Under the pieces are notes generated by a model that worked only from the letters and a program-made list of their open reading frames with translations, did not search any database and had not been told where the DNA came from. The position numbers were made by a program, and so were the translations under genes. From Octopus vulgaris (lineage: Eukaryota), in NCBI GenBank assembly GCA_951406725.2, contig OX597816.1, positions 992,001 to 1,056,000 of the forward strand: a stretch of DNA of 64,000 bases, written 5' to 3'. How positions within the stretch are numbered: position 1 is the first letter of the stretch; every line of letters begins with the position of its first letter. Positions 27,575 through 42,674 of the stretch are shown here, piece after piece.

Positions 27575-30500
27575 GTGAAAACACATTCTTTTTGTGCTCA
27601 ACTTCTAATCACATCTGCATACAACACATCATAAACACATTCTCTTCTTTATTTTCTTTCTTTTTGATTCCTATCTTAATTAATCCATCCCTTTTCGTAA
27701 TGGATGGATTATGGTTTTGCCCTCCATTGCCCCTGGGTGGGTGATTTTCTCTTTTTTTGCTGCCACTTACTAATTATTTTCTTGTTGATTCCAAGAAGCA
27801 ATCAACCCAGTCACTGTTCAATCAATGGGAGAAACCGATTCCTTCAGTAGTTTAGAGGAGGCACCGGTCGTTGGCTGGCCTTCACTTTCTATCTCATCAC
27901 CGTTATTCAGAGACATCCACCTCCCGGGAGGTTCAGCTCAAGATGTCAAGTGTATAAAATTGTGTGGGTTTTGTGTAGATATATGAGAAAGAGGGTAACT
28001 TTCTTTTTCCAGATATTCACATGTCAATAGTACTACTACTACCACTGCCACCCTCATATTCAACAATCTCTTCCCTCCCCTCACGTTCTCCTGCCCTCAC
28101 TTAACTCTTGCATTTGAGATTCACATGGCAACTTCCATATTTTGATAGACTTGCCACAAACATGTAAACAAGACACTCCACAGATATAAAATGGCACAAC
28201 CCCACCTCTCTCTCTTTCCTTAATAAAGGTATTGATACACAATGGGAGGTGAGGGTGGAGTGTACTTTTCAATTCTATTAATTCTAATTTGTGTCTCAGT
28301 ATATTTGGATCTGTAGAATGTGGGGTAGTACAGGTAAATATCATTGTGTTATCCACTGATAATGGAAAATGGTAAAAATGATGCTTACAGAATATAGGTT
28401 ATCACAGATTACTTCTATTGTGCAAAAGTTTCTTGGTTTTTTTTTTTTATATATCTCTTACATTTTGGCAACTCTCCTCAGGTTTTTCAACTTTTTTAGT
28501 TTTAGCAGTTACAGAAACAATACTTCCACACTGTGTGTGTGTGTGTGTGTGTACACACACTCATTATCATCATCATTTACCATTCACCTTCCATGCTGGC
28601 ATAGGTTGGATGGCTCGATAGGAATTGATGGTTTTGCAGGATTGAAGCATTCTCCTAGATCTACTATGAGGTGCCCTTCCTAATGCCAACCCTTTTATAA
28701 AATGTGCTGGGTGCATTTTTCATGGCAGCAGGACCCTCGTGAGGTTGCTCTGCAGCTTAGGGGTCTAGATTTTCCTTTGACTGAGAGGGAGTCAGTTCTT
28801 TTGCTAGATCAGGGATTAAGGCATGAAAGAAGGGACCAGAAGAGAAGAGCTTGCTATAGAGAAATTACATTCTAGAGAAGGAGGTCAGTGCCTGGGATGG
28901 GGCTGGAAAGATTATATATATAAAAAAGAAGAAGCATAGAATACATTTGCGTGTGTTCCAGGTTAGCAATGAGAATAATGGCAGAGATTTCAGTTTTTAG
29001 TTTGCAAGATTCTTGATGTGTAATCATGTGTTGAAACACATTTTGGTTTTGTATCTTAGGAGGGTCGTTATACCAATAATAAACACTATTAACTGGTTCT
29101 ATTCACTTCTTTTATTTGTTAAATGACCTGCTAATTAACTTACTGATTCTTTGATTAATTGTTCAATTAATTAATCAATCAGTTATGTTTTCAAAGTTCT
29201 TTCATAACTATTCACAATTTCATGAAAGGTTAGTAGTTAACCAATTAACAAAAATATAGAAGTGAAATAGTATCAGTGTGTGTGTTTATTATTGGCATAA
29301 TGACCCTCCCAAAATACAACAAAATCTGCTTCATGTATTTTACAGCAACTTAGATGACTACTTATTGATTTTTTTTTTATGGATAATCAACACTTTTATG
29401 TGTTTGTTACATATATATGTAACATGTTTATGTATGTTAGACCAATGGGAACAAGCAAAGCCCAAAGCTCTTTGCAGGCAGGACTGTCTTCTGCTTGGTG
29501 AGGTGAGTGCAGTTCATAGTATGCTTTTGAACGTTTGTAATTTGATACTTGCAGGGGGGATGGATGTGTGTGGGTGTGATGAGAGAGAGAGAGAGATTAC
29601 CTGTCAATATAATTTTTATGAAATATAAATCACAGGGAAATAAGAAAATCTGTTTATTAAAACAACTCAGTTGTATACAAAAAAAAACCCAAACAAAACA
29701 CAAAAGAAAAAAAGTCCCTCCATTTCTGTGCCCACCCACTCCAACAATGTGTTTGTATTTCAGCTCCTGTCTAAATATTGCTGGCTTTTGTGTGTGTGCG
29801 GCTTTAATTGTATGTGCTGGGCTTTCTATTTTCGTTTTGTTCTTAACTAACATCTGTAGATTTCTTTTCCACCTTCTTGAGCACTTGATAAGAAGGTACC
29901 CTACTGCCCACCCCACCCCCTCCCCGTTGCTGGAGTTAGAAAATCAGGTAGGAGTGGCAACAATACACACACACACTGCATTTATGAATAGGTTATAGTA
30001 GTAGTAGTAGTAGGTTTCTGAAATTTTATAATTTTAGATTTCTACCTTAAACATAAGAGAACAGGTGCTATCAATATCTAGGCTTGCCTTTTCAATATAT
30101 GTATATTTCAAAGGAGACGGCTTTATATATATATATATATATATAGTTTAATATGTTATGGATGCAATTGCACCAGACTATCACCATTACTCATCTCTAT
30201 GTTTTATTCTTCATATATTTTAATAACCCCTGCACTTTTTTATTTTTATGTAGTTTAAATCTAAATTTAAAATGTAGAGCAATAGGATTTAGTCTGTTGT
30301 TTATATCAAACTATAAAGCATTTCAACAACTTTATTTTATTTATTCATTTCCTGATGGAAATATTAAATTAATCCAACTTGATCGTTACCTTCTGTAATG
30401 TTTAACAAAATCCACCCATGAGAAAGTCATTCCCGTCATATGTTGAGGAAAGCTTTGCTAATTTCAGTTCAACTTGGTCCAGCATTTTACTGAACTATTG

Positions 30501-32658
30501 TTTTGCTTTCATCTGTCTTGGGTTAAATAAGTCTCTAAGTCTGGATATGTCATCACCATCATCTTTTGTTTAGCATCCACTTTGCCATGCTGTTGTGAGG
30601 CAAAGCAAATTCATTGAGGCAGATTTTCTTACAGCTGCAGCCCTTCCTGTATTTGTGTTTGTCCCCCACCACAACCACCACCGGTGTGGGTGTGTTCATG
30701 CTCCCATAACCTAGCAGTTCAGCAACAGAAACTGATAGAATAAGTACCAGGCTTTAAAACAAAAAGAAAGAAACTCCTGGAATCAATTGATTTGAGTAAA
30801 ACTTCTTCAAGGTGGCGACGCCCCAGCATGGCTGAAATAAGTAAAAGAGAGACACATGGTCCAGTGCTGCTACTCTCACCCATCTTTGCCATCTTCCCTC
30901 TGCATTCTAAGCTCTCTCCCCTCGGGTATGAAACATGTCCTGTGCCACCACACTCAGATTATCTTGATGCTTATTTTCCTATTCTTGTCAAGATTCTAAA
31001 GATTATTTCAATTAAAGTTATTAAACCAATATTCTTTGTATTCTCTCCGAATATATTCCGGCTTCTCTGTGTTGTAACTTTAGCTTTCATTTCCACATGA
31101 ACCCCTTTTGTTTATTTATCCTAACAGTAAGGGAGAGCTTAGAGCTTTAGTCTTTGGGAAGGTCTTATTTGCCAATAACCAGACACACGAATTCACTGGA
31201 AGTTTTGTTTTATTAATCTGTCATCAGTTCTTTTTGTTGTTTTTTTTCATCCCACTACTGGGATCTGCCCAATGGTTTCAAATTCTCTAATTTTCTTTGT
31301 TTTTATTGGTACTATGCCCACCCACCCCACAAGGGTGCAACACTATCACTTTCAACGTTTAATGTCCATTTTCCATGCTGGCATGGGTTGGACAGCTTGA
31401 CAAGAACTGGCAGCTGCACCAAATTCCAGTGTTTGTTTTGGCATGGTTTCTACAGCTGGATGCCCTTCTTGATGCCAACCACTTAAGATTGTGCTGGGTG
31501 GCTATTAACATGGCACCACACTAGTGCTTTTTGTGTGGCACCTTGATTAAACGAAATTCAAAGCAAAATTAGGAAACTTGATTTTTCTTAAAATGGACAG
31601 GTGGGGAGGATGCTGTAAATATTTTCCAGTTACACAATTGTTTGAGACCAAAAAAATGATGCAGTGCCCTTTTTTTCTTTTTTACTTTTAAGGAGTGAAA
31701 GAAAAATCAACTGATCAATAAAGAAATCAATAATCATTCAATATGTATTGAAGACTCCAAAAATAGGCCAAATAAAATGATGGGTTTTTTTCTACCTTGT
31801 ACTTTACCCATAGAGGTAGAATGGCTAAGTGGTCAAGAGTTTTGCTTTACAACCATAAGGCCTTGGGTTCAATCCCAGTCTATAGCATCAAGTGTAAAAT
31901 GTCATTTTCTATAATCTTGGACCATTGGGTTTGAAGGAGACTGTAGGGAATCTTGTGGCTCAACAGGTCCAGCCTTGTAACACAGTGTCATGCTAATTCT
32001 GTCTCAAAATTACTTTAAGGGTACACATGCCTGTGGAATACACAGCCACTTGTTTCACTAACTGAATTACCTGCTCCTGAATGAACAACTAAATCTTCAT
32101 CATCAAACAAGAGAGTTCCATCACCACCACCACCACCACCACTCTACATACATATAGAAAAAAAGTTTGTGGGGGGGGGGTCTCTTTTTCTGTGACTGGT
32201 CATAACTTTTAGCAACAATATTTGGTATGTCATCCACAATGTTACCTTAGATTGCCAAAAATCTACAGAATTCACAGCCTCACCTATTTGTATAAATCAT
32301 ATTGATTCAACCAATCTATGGCTGGAGTCTGGCCTCTTCAATATCCATGACTGAAGAGGATAGCATTTTGGCTTTGTTCTTCTTAATTAACATCATCATC
32401 ATTTGTTTTCCATCCTGGTAAGGGTTGGATGGCTTGACAGGAACTGGTAGAGCCAGAAGCCACACCAGGTTCCATTGTCTGCTGTGGTTTCTGCCCTCTC
32501 CAACACCAACCAGTTGAGAGTATATTGGGTGCTTTAATAATAAACACCCTTTCCACCTCTGTTGTGGTGATTAGTTACTTTAATAGCTGTAAACAATAAA
32601 TTGTTGTTATGCGACCGAATCCTGTCGGGATCAGGTCTACGTTTCATCTCTTCAGTGT

Positions 32659-33416
32659 TCATCATCATCATCATCATCATCGTTTAATGTCCGCTTTCCA
32701 TGCTAGCATGGGTTGGACGGTTCAACTGGGGTCTGGGGAGCCTGAAGGCTGCACCAGGCCAGTCAGATCTGGCAGTGTTTCTACAGCTGGATGCCCTTCC
32801 TAACGCCAACCACTCCGAGAGTGTAGTGGGTGATTTTATGTGCCACCGACACAGGTGCCAGACGAGGCTGGTGAACGGCCACGCTCGGATGGTGTTTTTT
32901 ATGTGCCACCGATACAGGTGCCAGACGAGGCTGGCAGACGGCCACACTCGGATGGTGTTTTTTATGTGCCACCGACACAGGTGCCAGACGAGGCTGGCGA
33001 ACGGCCACGATCGGATGGTGTTTGTTACATGCCCACAGCACGGAGGCCAGTCGATGCGGTACTGGCTACGGCCACGTTTGGATGGTTTTCTTATGTGCCA
33101 CCGGCACTGGTACCACAAAGATACAAACTCCATTGATGTTCATCTATTTTGATTTGGTTTGATTTTAGTTTGATTTTCACTTGCCTCAACAGGTCTTCAC
33201 AAGTGTCACAAGAAGGAAGGTATGCACAGGTGGACTGACTAAGTCCCAGGTAGGGGCCACGGGTTATGGCCTCACTAGTCTTGCCGAGTCCTCTCATGCA
33301 CAGCATACTTCCATAGGTCTCGGTCTTTAGTCATTTCCTTGGTGAGACCTAAAGTTCGATGGTCATGCTGCACCACCTCGTCCCAGGTTTTCCTGGGTCT
33401 ACCTCTTCCACAGGTT
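32659..33416 (-). mobile_element. RTE LINE 3' fragment
   Basis: Encodes TCGRGRPRKTWDEVVQHDHRTLGLTKEMTKDRDLW. 3' UTR and (GAT)n tail are colinear with the 42675-43230 region. Confidence 0.9.
32834..33023. repeat. 63-bp tandem repeat, 3 copies, inside the RTE 3' UTR
   Basis: atgtgccacc recurs at 32838, 32901 and 32964 (period 63). Confidence 0.9.
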
Positions 33417-36400
33417 GATAAAATAAGTGAGATGAAAGTGAGTGTTGATAAAATAAAGTACCAGTCATGCATTGGGGGTGGGGTCAATGCTTTTGACCTC
33501 CCCCTTTTCCAGATATTGTACATAGGCTAGAGACAATTACTATCAAAATGGTGAATGGCAAAACCAGTAGAGAGTTGGGCAAAATTAGGTAGTTACTTTC
33601 TTTTGTATTCTGAGTTCAAATTCTGTTGGAGACAGCTTTACATAATTAAGGTAGGGATCAAAACTTCCCTTCACCCCTTCTGGGTTAATGAGGTACCAGT
33701 CAAGTAATAGGGTCAGTGTTATTGACTAACCCCTCCTCCCTTCACAATTACTCACTTTGTGCCTAAATCACAGTGGCAGACTAGCGTTGGACAAAATGCC
33801 AAGCAGTATTTCATCTCACTTATTACATTCTGAGTTCAAATATCAGTGGTGTCAACTTTACTTTTCAAACCCCCCCCCGATCAATAAAGTAAAGTACCAG
33901 TCACGTACTTGGGTTTGTGTAATTTGACTTGCTTCTTCCCTCAAATTTGCTAGCTTCATGTCATTATTATTATGAGGAGGGGATGTGGACAGTGTCTGAT
34001 AGAATATGGAGAATCTCTGTGACTTACTGCCTTGCACTATTCATACTCAAGCAGTGGTGAGCCAGCAGCATTACCAGCGTGCTGGGCCACTGACAGAAAG
34101 GGTAACAGGTTATAGAATGTGTACGTGCCTCAATAAACTCCATCCAACCCATGCAAGCATAGAAAAGTGGATGTTGAAAATGATGATGATAATTTTGCAA
34201 GTTGAAAATTGTTGCTTTTGGAGACAGACATGCTCCATAATAGATCTAACATTTGCAGCCTGTTGTTGTTCCGTTCTCTTGCTCCAATAATGGTAACAGT
34301 GATTGATCTCTGTTTGTGCATCGTTTTTCTTTCTTATGTCCTCAGTGTGTGTTGTGGATGATGTGTATATAACTGCTATCGTTGTCTACTGTGTGTATAA
34401 TAAGTGCAATGCTTGGATGTAATTGATGTTCTCTGGTGTTGTGGCTGCCTAAGAAAAGAGAGGGTACTCTTTTTTTTTTTCTCGTTTTCTTATGATTCTT
34501 CTTGGGTCCGAGGAGTCTTGAAGGCCAACTGCTCAGTTTCCATAATTATAGGGATCACAACATTGCCCTGAACCAGTAATTTTTGGTAGGAACGGAACAG
34601 GTTGATTACATGGACTCCGGTATTTGACTGGTACTTAATGTTATCAATCTCAAAAGGATGAAAGGCAAAGCTGACCTCAGCATGGTTTGAACTCAGAGCA
34701 CAAAGAGCCAAAAGAAATACTGCTAAGCATTTCGTCCAATGTGGTAGTAAAAGTGGAGGTGGCCATGGTAGTGCTGCTGCTGCTGCTGGTTGTAGGTTTT
34801 ATAAATGCAGCTGTGAGATTTCAAGAAAGGTTCTGTATATTAATCGCATTTTGCATTTGGTTGTTAAACGTTGAGAATTGGACAAAAAGAAGCAGAAATA
34901 TTTATTTTGCAAACACTTGGACGATACTTCAAATGAAAGAAAGGAAGAAAAATAAAAAAAAAGAAGCAATCATTTGTGCTTATTCATATATATTTATTAT
35001 AATAATTAATGATAAAGGATTGCTGTTTATTTTGACATCATTACATCAACAAACATTGTCTTCTTTACACAGCCAGCCATTAACATTGCTTTGGGTTATA
35101 GTTTGACTCATTTAGAATTTACTAAATGACTTGTGTGTGTGTGTAAAATCTTGACACAAAATGTCACTTGTAAAAACAGTGTCACCCACGGCAACAGCAG
35201 CAGCCCAGCTTTGCCAATCCCACAATCCCAGCTGCCATATTATATCTTTTAATGGTTCATTAAATACAAAAGTCCTTGCATTTCTCTTTGGAGATTATAG
35301 CCTTGATGTTCACAAAGCTTTTTTTTTTCTGTCTCTCTTATCACAGTCCTAAATCAGTGAACCGTATCATGGCTTCATATCATAAAGTTTTCCAGACAGA
35401 ATTACTTTACTACATAATCAATAACACTTGTCTGTGTCAATGTTCTGTTTTTTCCTTTCTCTTTTTCCACTGGATTCTGGCAGAGTGATTCATAATGAAT
35501 CTTTCTTTTGCTCTGAACAAAATCACTTCCCATTATTCGGGTGATGCAAGCTGGTATCAGTCCGGGTGGATACATTGCATTTGGGGATTCAAATTCTGTC
35601 AGGATTAACTCTACTTTTCCTCCTTCTGGGGGTCAAGTATTGGACGGGGAGGGTATCAACAAAAGTGCTGGCCTTGTGCCTAAATTAGAAACCATTAGGT
35701 TGAGTCGTTAGGGCAAGGCTTAGAAAGCATTTATTCATGCACTTTCTGAGTTCAAATCCCCCTGAGGAGTCAACTTTAGCTTTCATCCTTCCAGAGTAAA
35801 AAAGAAAAAGAAAGAGTTCAAGTCCCAGCCAAGTTCTGCAGTGAAGGTATTGGTTAACTTCATCAAAAAAATTGTTGAGCTTCTCCTGGAATCAGAAATC
35901 CTTTTGTGAGCCACAACAAATTGGTTCCTTGGTAGCTATTGTTCAATTTCTGACTCTTATATAATGTTCTTTCGTTGTTGTTATTATTATCCTAGTATAT
36001 TGCATTATTATGTTTTAATTAGCCCAAAGCCGTATGTTAACCAGTAGTTCTATAATTATCATGGCTTAATTCCTTTTTTGTCTTCCATTAGTAAACTTGT
36101 TCAACATAAAATGTTCTGTCAATGAAAAAAATATAATTTAAGTATTCTAAGAGGATAACAACATTCTACCTTCCTGGGACATTGATTGTTATTTATTGAC
36201 CTCCTACTTTGGAGTTATTGAGTAACCAAGGGAATTCTCTATTGTCACGAGAAATAACTGCCAAATCTCCCTCAAATTCATCCTACTATAATAAATAATT
36301 GAAATACATATTACTTGGAGGTTGTCGTAACTGGAATGTCTTTGAACAAAGGTCTGCTTTTACTCAGGAACTGAACGACAACAGCTGACCTTCCCTTAAG

Positions 36401-39400
36401 ATTTCACTGGCTTTGCTAGTTTACTTTTCTTTTAAAGTTCTGTCTTTTAGCCTTAGGACTGTTCAAGATTTCCAGGATATATAAAGGGACCGAGAGCCCA
36501 ACATTCCTTTTGAATGCCAATGACTCAGTTTTCAGCTGAGTGAACTGGACCACTGTGTTGCATTCTGTGGCTCTGATATGGTAAACCTCTGGGTCTGGCA
36601 CTTCTGCTGGTGTTCCTGCGGACGTACAGTTTTCCAATGATGTTTTCACACTTTATATTATTATTAATTGGCCTAATTAGAATTATGGTAGGGTCTTCTA
36701 TGTAATCTGATGGGTTGCAAAAATTTGATTAACTGAGATTACCTTTTGTCTATAAGTAATTAAAATCTAAAAACAAAGAAGATAACTGCAGTAAGTTCAG
36801 GTGATGGGAATATTTTATCCCGTATATATAATGCAGATTGGGGAGATCTGTCCTAATCTGTATTCATTGCCCCAAAATATGATTGTTGAATTTATCCTCT
36901 TTGTTGTTTTTAGATTTTAAGCATCTTTAAAGGGATTTTTGTCTTCAAATTGCTTGATTTCAGTTTGCAGTTTTGCAACTCACTATATTATGAGATATAA
37001 ACATCAAAAAAGCCGATGTAGTCGTATTATACAGAATAATTTCCCTTGAGGTATTTTTCCTGAGTTATATTGTTAAGAAGCATAAGTTGAAGATGAAGTG
37101 TAATTGTGTCCCAGAATTCACTTGACTTTTTATCTTTGTTGTCCAAATAAACCCAGCCCAACTTGTCACTCAGTTAAGTTGTCAGACAAGTCGAATGAGG
37201 CCATGGTCCCTTATCTATCTCTTTCTGTCTCTCTTTTGTATTAAGAAGCCACTGAAAATCTTCAGTCAATTAACAGGTTTTGCCCAGTGTATTCCTTCAT
37301 GTTTGCACACACATATGTGTGTGTGTGTGTGTGTATATAAAAACCTGCACATTTATGAGTGGGGAATGAAAACTCTTATCTTTAAAATTATTAATCATAA
37401 AAGGAATAAAAATGATTGTAAACTAAATAATAATACTAACTATATTAACATCTGTTTTCCTGTACTGCTTTTGTTTGGACAGGGTCTTCAGTACAACATG
37501 GTAGCACTCCTCTCAATCTGCTGTCATCTCATCTGTGAAGCCCAGGACAGACACAACAGCCTCACACCATTTTTAGCAAATAACCCTGCTACTGTTAAAA
37601 CCTGTTTAGCTGATGCCTTTAATCTCTCCTGCTCTATGCTTTTCATACAAATTGATATTGAAAATCCAACAGATCATCCTTCATTTCTCTCCACCTTGTT
37701 TATAATAACTTTGGGTATAAAGATGAAGGGTGGGTTTTTTTTTTTTGTATGAGAAAAAAGAGAAAGTGTCTTGTATGCTGCCAAGTGTGGCGCTTGTTCT
37801 GACAGTGAAAGTTGATTCTGGCAGGGTTTGGTCTGAAAAGGATGTTAAAGAAAGTATTTAATCCAAGTCTGTCTTGTTTTTGTCATATCCCACCACTTTT
37901 GAATGGTACACTTAATTAAGTATTTGACTTTTATTGATTCTGGGAGGATGAAAGTTAATTTTGGCAGGGTTTGAACTCAGAACATAGGAAATACTGCTGC
38001 TCTATATATTACACCATCAACTGCCCTAAAAAAAAATATATATATATTTTCTATATCCATTTAATTCTTTGATCGTCATTGTTTTAATGTCCCTGTTTCC
38101 ATACAAGCTTGGGTCAGACAGAGTTTATTCAGCTGAATCTTCTATGGTTGGATGCCCTTCCTGTCACCAACCCTCACCTGTTTTGAGGTAAGATGATATT
38201 TCACCCCCATGACTAGATGTGTCTCAAAAAATTGGAAACAGACACTGTTTGCAACTGTTACCTGAAATCAAAGCAAAAACACAGTAACAACCCCCACCCA
38301 TGATGGGCTTCTTCTCTGTTTCTCTCTCCCAAAGCTTTGGTCAGCCTGAGACCATTGCAGAAAACACTTGCTCAAGGTGCTGCACCTAAAGCCGTTGTGT
38401 TTGGTCAGCAAACTTCCTACCTCGCAGTCAGCTATTGAAGTTCTTTAGCTCTGAGGGAATCAGCTGATTGCTGTACAGAATTCTACAAAATCCCAAACAA
38501 TTGATGTAATCAGTTCAAATCTGTGATTGTGACAACAACAACATCTACTTAGTGTGTTTACACAAACCTCAGCACCTCTTGAGATTCTGTCAGTTTAAAT
38601 TTAGAAACTCAATCTCTCCTCAGACCAAAAGAAGGTTATTTCCAAAGCAATTTGCTATTTAGTTTTTATATTGTTAATTAATTCTGGCATTGGATAGTAT
38701 AATTAATAGGCTTAGTATTAACAAATAATGGTTAGTGAACTTACAATCCCATATTGGAATTGTTAGCTTGGCAAGTTGTTTCCACTGCTGAAAGATTACT
38801 CTCTTGATATTTCAAAGTATTTCACTATATGTATGCACGTATGTGTACACACACGCACACATCAAACTTATCACCAAACCTTTATGAGTGGCAACACACA
38901 AAACTCTCAGCCTTCGAGTCATTCTGTTGCTTCTGCTAAATATTAATAAATAAACATACATACATACATATATGGTCAGCCTCTTGGGTTTTCTTTAAAA
39001 TTTCCCGACTGCTTGGGTTGGAAGTAAAATAGGAAATGGGGTCAATTTGATGAAAGCTGATAGTTTAATTTTTCTGTAGAAAGCATTTAGTCATGTTGTA
39101 AACAGCCAGAAAGACAGACTGGGTGTTAAGCAGCAGCTGGGATAAACTGACACATGTCCTGTTGTGGAAGAACAGATCAGGGACAGATTGTTCCATGCAT
39201 GTTATTGTTGTTACCATTTCTGTTGTTGCTGGATACGAGATAGTCTTTATACAAATACAAATTAGAAAATGCTTGCTTAAGCTATTTCAAATCACAACCA
39301 ATTCAGAACTTTTTTTTTTAACGAGGAATGGTTTCTATTCTTGCCTGATTAACTTCCAAAAAACTAAACATCTTTTATTGGTTTAGGTCTAAGGTTCTTT

Positions 39401-39538
39401 AGAAATTTCTGGAATGGCTGTGTGGTACGAAGCTTGCTTCCTAACCACATGACCCCCCCCCCTTTAGTCCTAGCTGTGTGGCACTTTGAGCAAGCCTTGT
39501 GAGTAGATTTGGTAAATGGAAACTGTAAGAAGCCTCTT

Positions 39539-39857
39539 GTAAAAGAGATGACAAAAGAATAACCGATTATCTTATGAATTTCATTAGCTTACAGCTGTTT
39601 CCCCTATAAGTTGTGGTGGACTCAGTGCCTGGGTTACACCTTACAGTTTCACCAGAGCTTCAAACATGAAGTGTAATTTATTTGGGGAAAAGAAATACAT
39701 TTATAAATGCAGTTCTTTTCCCCCAATGAATTCCACTTCATGTCTGAGGCTCTGGTTTAACTGGAAGAAGAGGTCTTACTCAACTGAGTCCACCACAGCC
39801 TACAGGGGGAGACAGTTGTGAGCTAATCATATTTATTCCTGTGTCGTCTCTTGTTAC
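39539..39857. repeat. About 320-bp diverged palindrome containing a degenerate hammerhead (39586-39659, minus strand)
   Basis: Centre catttataaatg at about 39698-39709. Minus strand: AGCU-CUGGUGA-[long hairpin cuguaag/cuuauag]-GAAA-CAGCUG-UA-AGCU. Confidence 0.75.
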
Positions 39858-42674
39858 TGCTCTGTCCTTGACTTCATTCAAAAGCATACACAGAGCGATT
39901 TACACACCAGGCTAGCATCACAATGCCCAAGGGAAATACGTTTGTGTGTTTATGTCCCCCATAACTTAGCAGTTCAGCAAAAGAGACCGATAGAATAAGT
40001 ACCAGGTTTAAAAAAAAATATAGTTGGGAATAACAAAGGGGAAGTTATTAGGTTCAGTGTTTGATCTGAATTATGGCATGGATGGAGCCGTTTCCCCAGA
40101 AACCTGCAAGACTTGCTCTCTCAGCTCTCCAATTCTTTCAATGTGTTGGTCACTTGAGGCACTCAGTAAAGAACACATGGCTATTAGTTAAAATCTTAAC
40201 TATGGTGATGCTGTAAGTTGAAATCTTACATCAGTCATTGCATTGTGTTCTTGAGCAAGGTATATGATTCCACTCTCTCTGCAAAGGAACTACAATCATT
40301 GAAGGTATTTTACTCAGGCATGATCAACATGAAGAAACAATAGTTAAGTTCAACAAACTTGATGCAGTAAGCATTAAAAATCTAACTAGAAACACGTAAC
40401 TGCTGAAGAATAGACAAAATTAGATGTCTGACTAATATATTTTAATCCTTTCAGCTGGTAGGGTAAGACAACTTGGACCATGTTTTGCTATTGCTAGCCC
40501 TCCAGAGTAAAGCGGCAGCACCCCCACCCCCCAGCATACGTCTTTTAGTGATGAGAAAGTAGATGTACAATATTGTACCAGAATAGAAAATTAGCATATT
40601 TAAAAAAAATATATCACTGGCAGTTAATTTAAATTAACCAAATTAACTCGGATAACGAGCTCATATCTATGTTTATACAGCACAATATTTCTTCGTTGCA
40701 TATTCAGTTGTTGATGTGCATTGAAACAGCTTTTTCTTAGCTAAAAGCCACGAAACATCAAGTGTGAGAGATTCTGAACTGATCAAAGCTGCATTTGTTG
40801 CTTATGAAGTCCCTGGCTATTATGGAGACAGGTTTTAAGACTGACATCATCTTTGTTGTTTAGAATCATTTACTTCGTTAGTCAATGATCTCAGCAAGGG
40901 ATTGATCTTTAATGGATCAGAATTAAAAAAGGGTGGTGGGTGGTGGGTGGCAGGGAGCAAACATGTTTCAGTTTCTTCGTTTGTTCGTTGGCTGAAGATC
41001 TTTAGTCTGTAGAATCAATGTGTTTATTAAGTCAACATGTCACAGGCGTTTCTGCTTGACTAAACAAAATCAGCCGAGTGATGTAGTAAAGGATGAAATA
41101 ATTGCTGCTTATTGGCGGAAACAAATCACACACACAGTTTATGGATGGCCATGGCTTGATCAGTATTGATCAGACGTTGACTCTGTGAATCATTCTGTTG
41201 TTAAGTCTTGTGACTGTCACTGATTTACTTATTATTTGTACAGCACTTTGGGCTGGTGTCTTCTACTGTAGCCCCAGGCGGATCCCTTGTCGTTGGATTT
41301 GGTAGATGGAAACTAAAGGAAGCCTATTATATATCATCATCATCATACAAGTAATGTTATTCATTCCCAGTCTTCCACGGAAAATATGTCTGGCTGCAGG
41401 AAGGGCATCTGACCCTAGAAATGCTGTTTGACCGATGCAAGCATTGGAAAGTGGAAGATTAAGGCAGCGAGCTCAGCAAAATTGTGAAAACCCTTTGGGC
41501 AGAAATGCTGAGCAGCATTTCTTTTGATTCGTCCGGTTCTGGCTTCAACTTTGCTTCTCCATTGTCACAGGACCAATAAAATGAAATACTGGTCATGCAC
41601 CGAGACAGGGTTAGGGTGGCAGTGGAATCAGGAAATCACTGGGAGTTCAAAGGAAGTGAAGAAGAAGTAATGTTACAATAGACAGGAGGACAAGAGGGGA
41701 AATGGTCTGGTTGGGTAGGTTGCAAGATGGTGGTGGGCTGATTTGGAATGTTTTAATTGTTCTATGCGCTACAAAGATGAAAATGGGTTTCTACGTAACC
41801 ATGGGTGTGGTAGACAGCTTACAGAATCAAAAATAGGGGGCAGTGGTGTATTTTTTACTAGTTGTCATATAGGGTACCCTGTTGGTGATTGAAGTCCACA
41901 CAGTAGTTAGTGGAAGGGCATCAGGTAGAATGCTTTACAGCATTTGTTCCAACTCTGTAGTCTGTGAGTTCAAGCTTCACTCAGGGCACCTTTGTTTTTA
42001 TTTGTTTCAAGATGAGTGAAAAAAAAGAAGAGAAGGGTGGGTGGGGTGTGTGAGGAGATGGCTTGTGGGTATCTCTGTTCCAGATTTTGTATTCTGATAA
42101 TGCATGTGATGACAGAAGTTGTTGGTGCCTAGATGTGGTGATATGAAAAGAGGAGAGACTGGCATGGATGGCCAACTGCTGAACTTCCACATAGAGATTA
42201 AACCACAAACCAGGCCCCTGCACATTTCCACAGAAGATTCAAAACAAACAACACTACTTGTAATAATAATGACGCTTGTTTTTCTACGTCATGTCAAAAC
42301 AGGACAACTCGTACATCAGGCTTCCACACAGTCTCCACCTACTAAATCCACTCGCAAAGCTTTGGTTGGTCTGGAGCTAGAGTAGAAGACATTTGCCAAA
42401 GTGGTTAGGATGCAAACTGAACTGCATAACAATGCCTGCACCAAGATGTAAAATAATCTTTGAAATCAACACAGACACATTAGCAGGAAAGAACCATAAA
42501 TTGGTCAACGGAATCACCCCCACCCCACCCCCGTGCTCAGCTGGTACATATTCTATTGTCCTTGAAAGGATCAGATGTCTAAGTTGACTTCAGCAGAATT
42601 GGAACTCAGAACATAAAGCTGGGAGAAATACATCTCCAAGCATTTTGTCCTACAGGCTAAGGATTTTGCCTTCT

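Noticed and set aside
32684-33152. Overlapping 150-aa ORFs with 21-aa repeats; superficially array- or CRISPR-like
   Set aside because: A 63-bp tandem repeat in a LINE 3' UTR with no unique spacers, in a eukaryotic context.
36416-36649. 77-aa minus-strand ORF in GC-richer sequence
   Set aside because: It contains cagctgagtgaactgga, shared with SINE family 3, and shows no recognisable protein or acceptor site.
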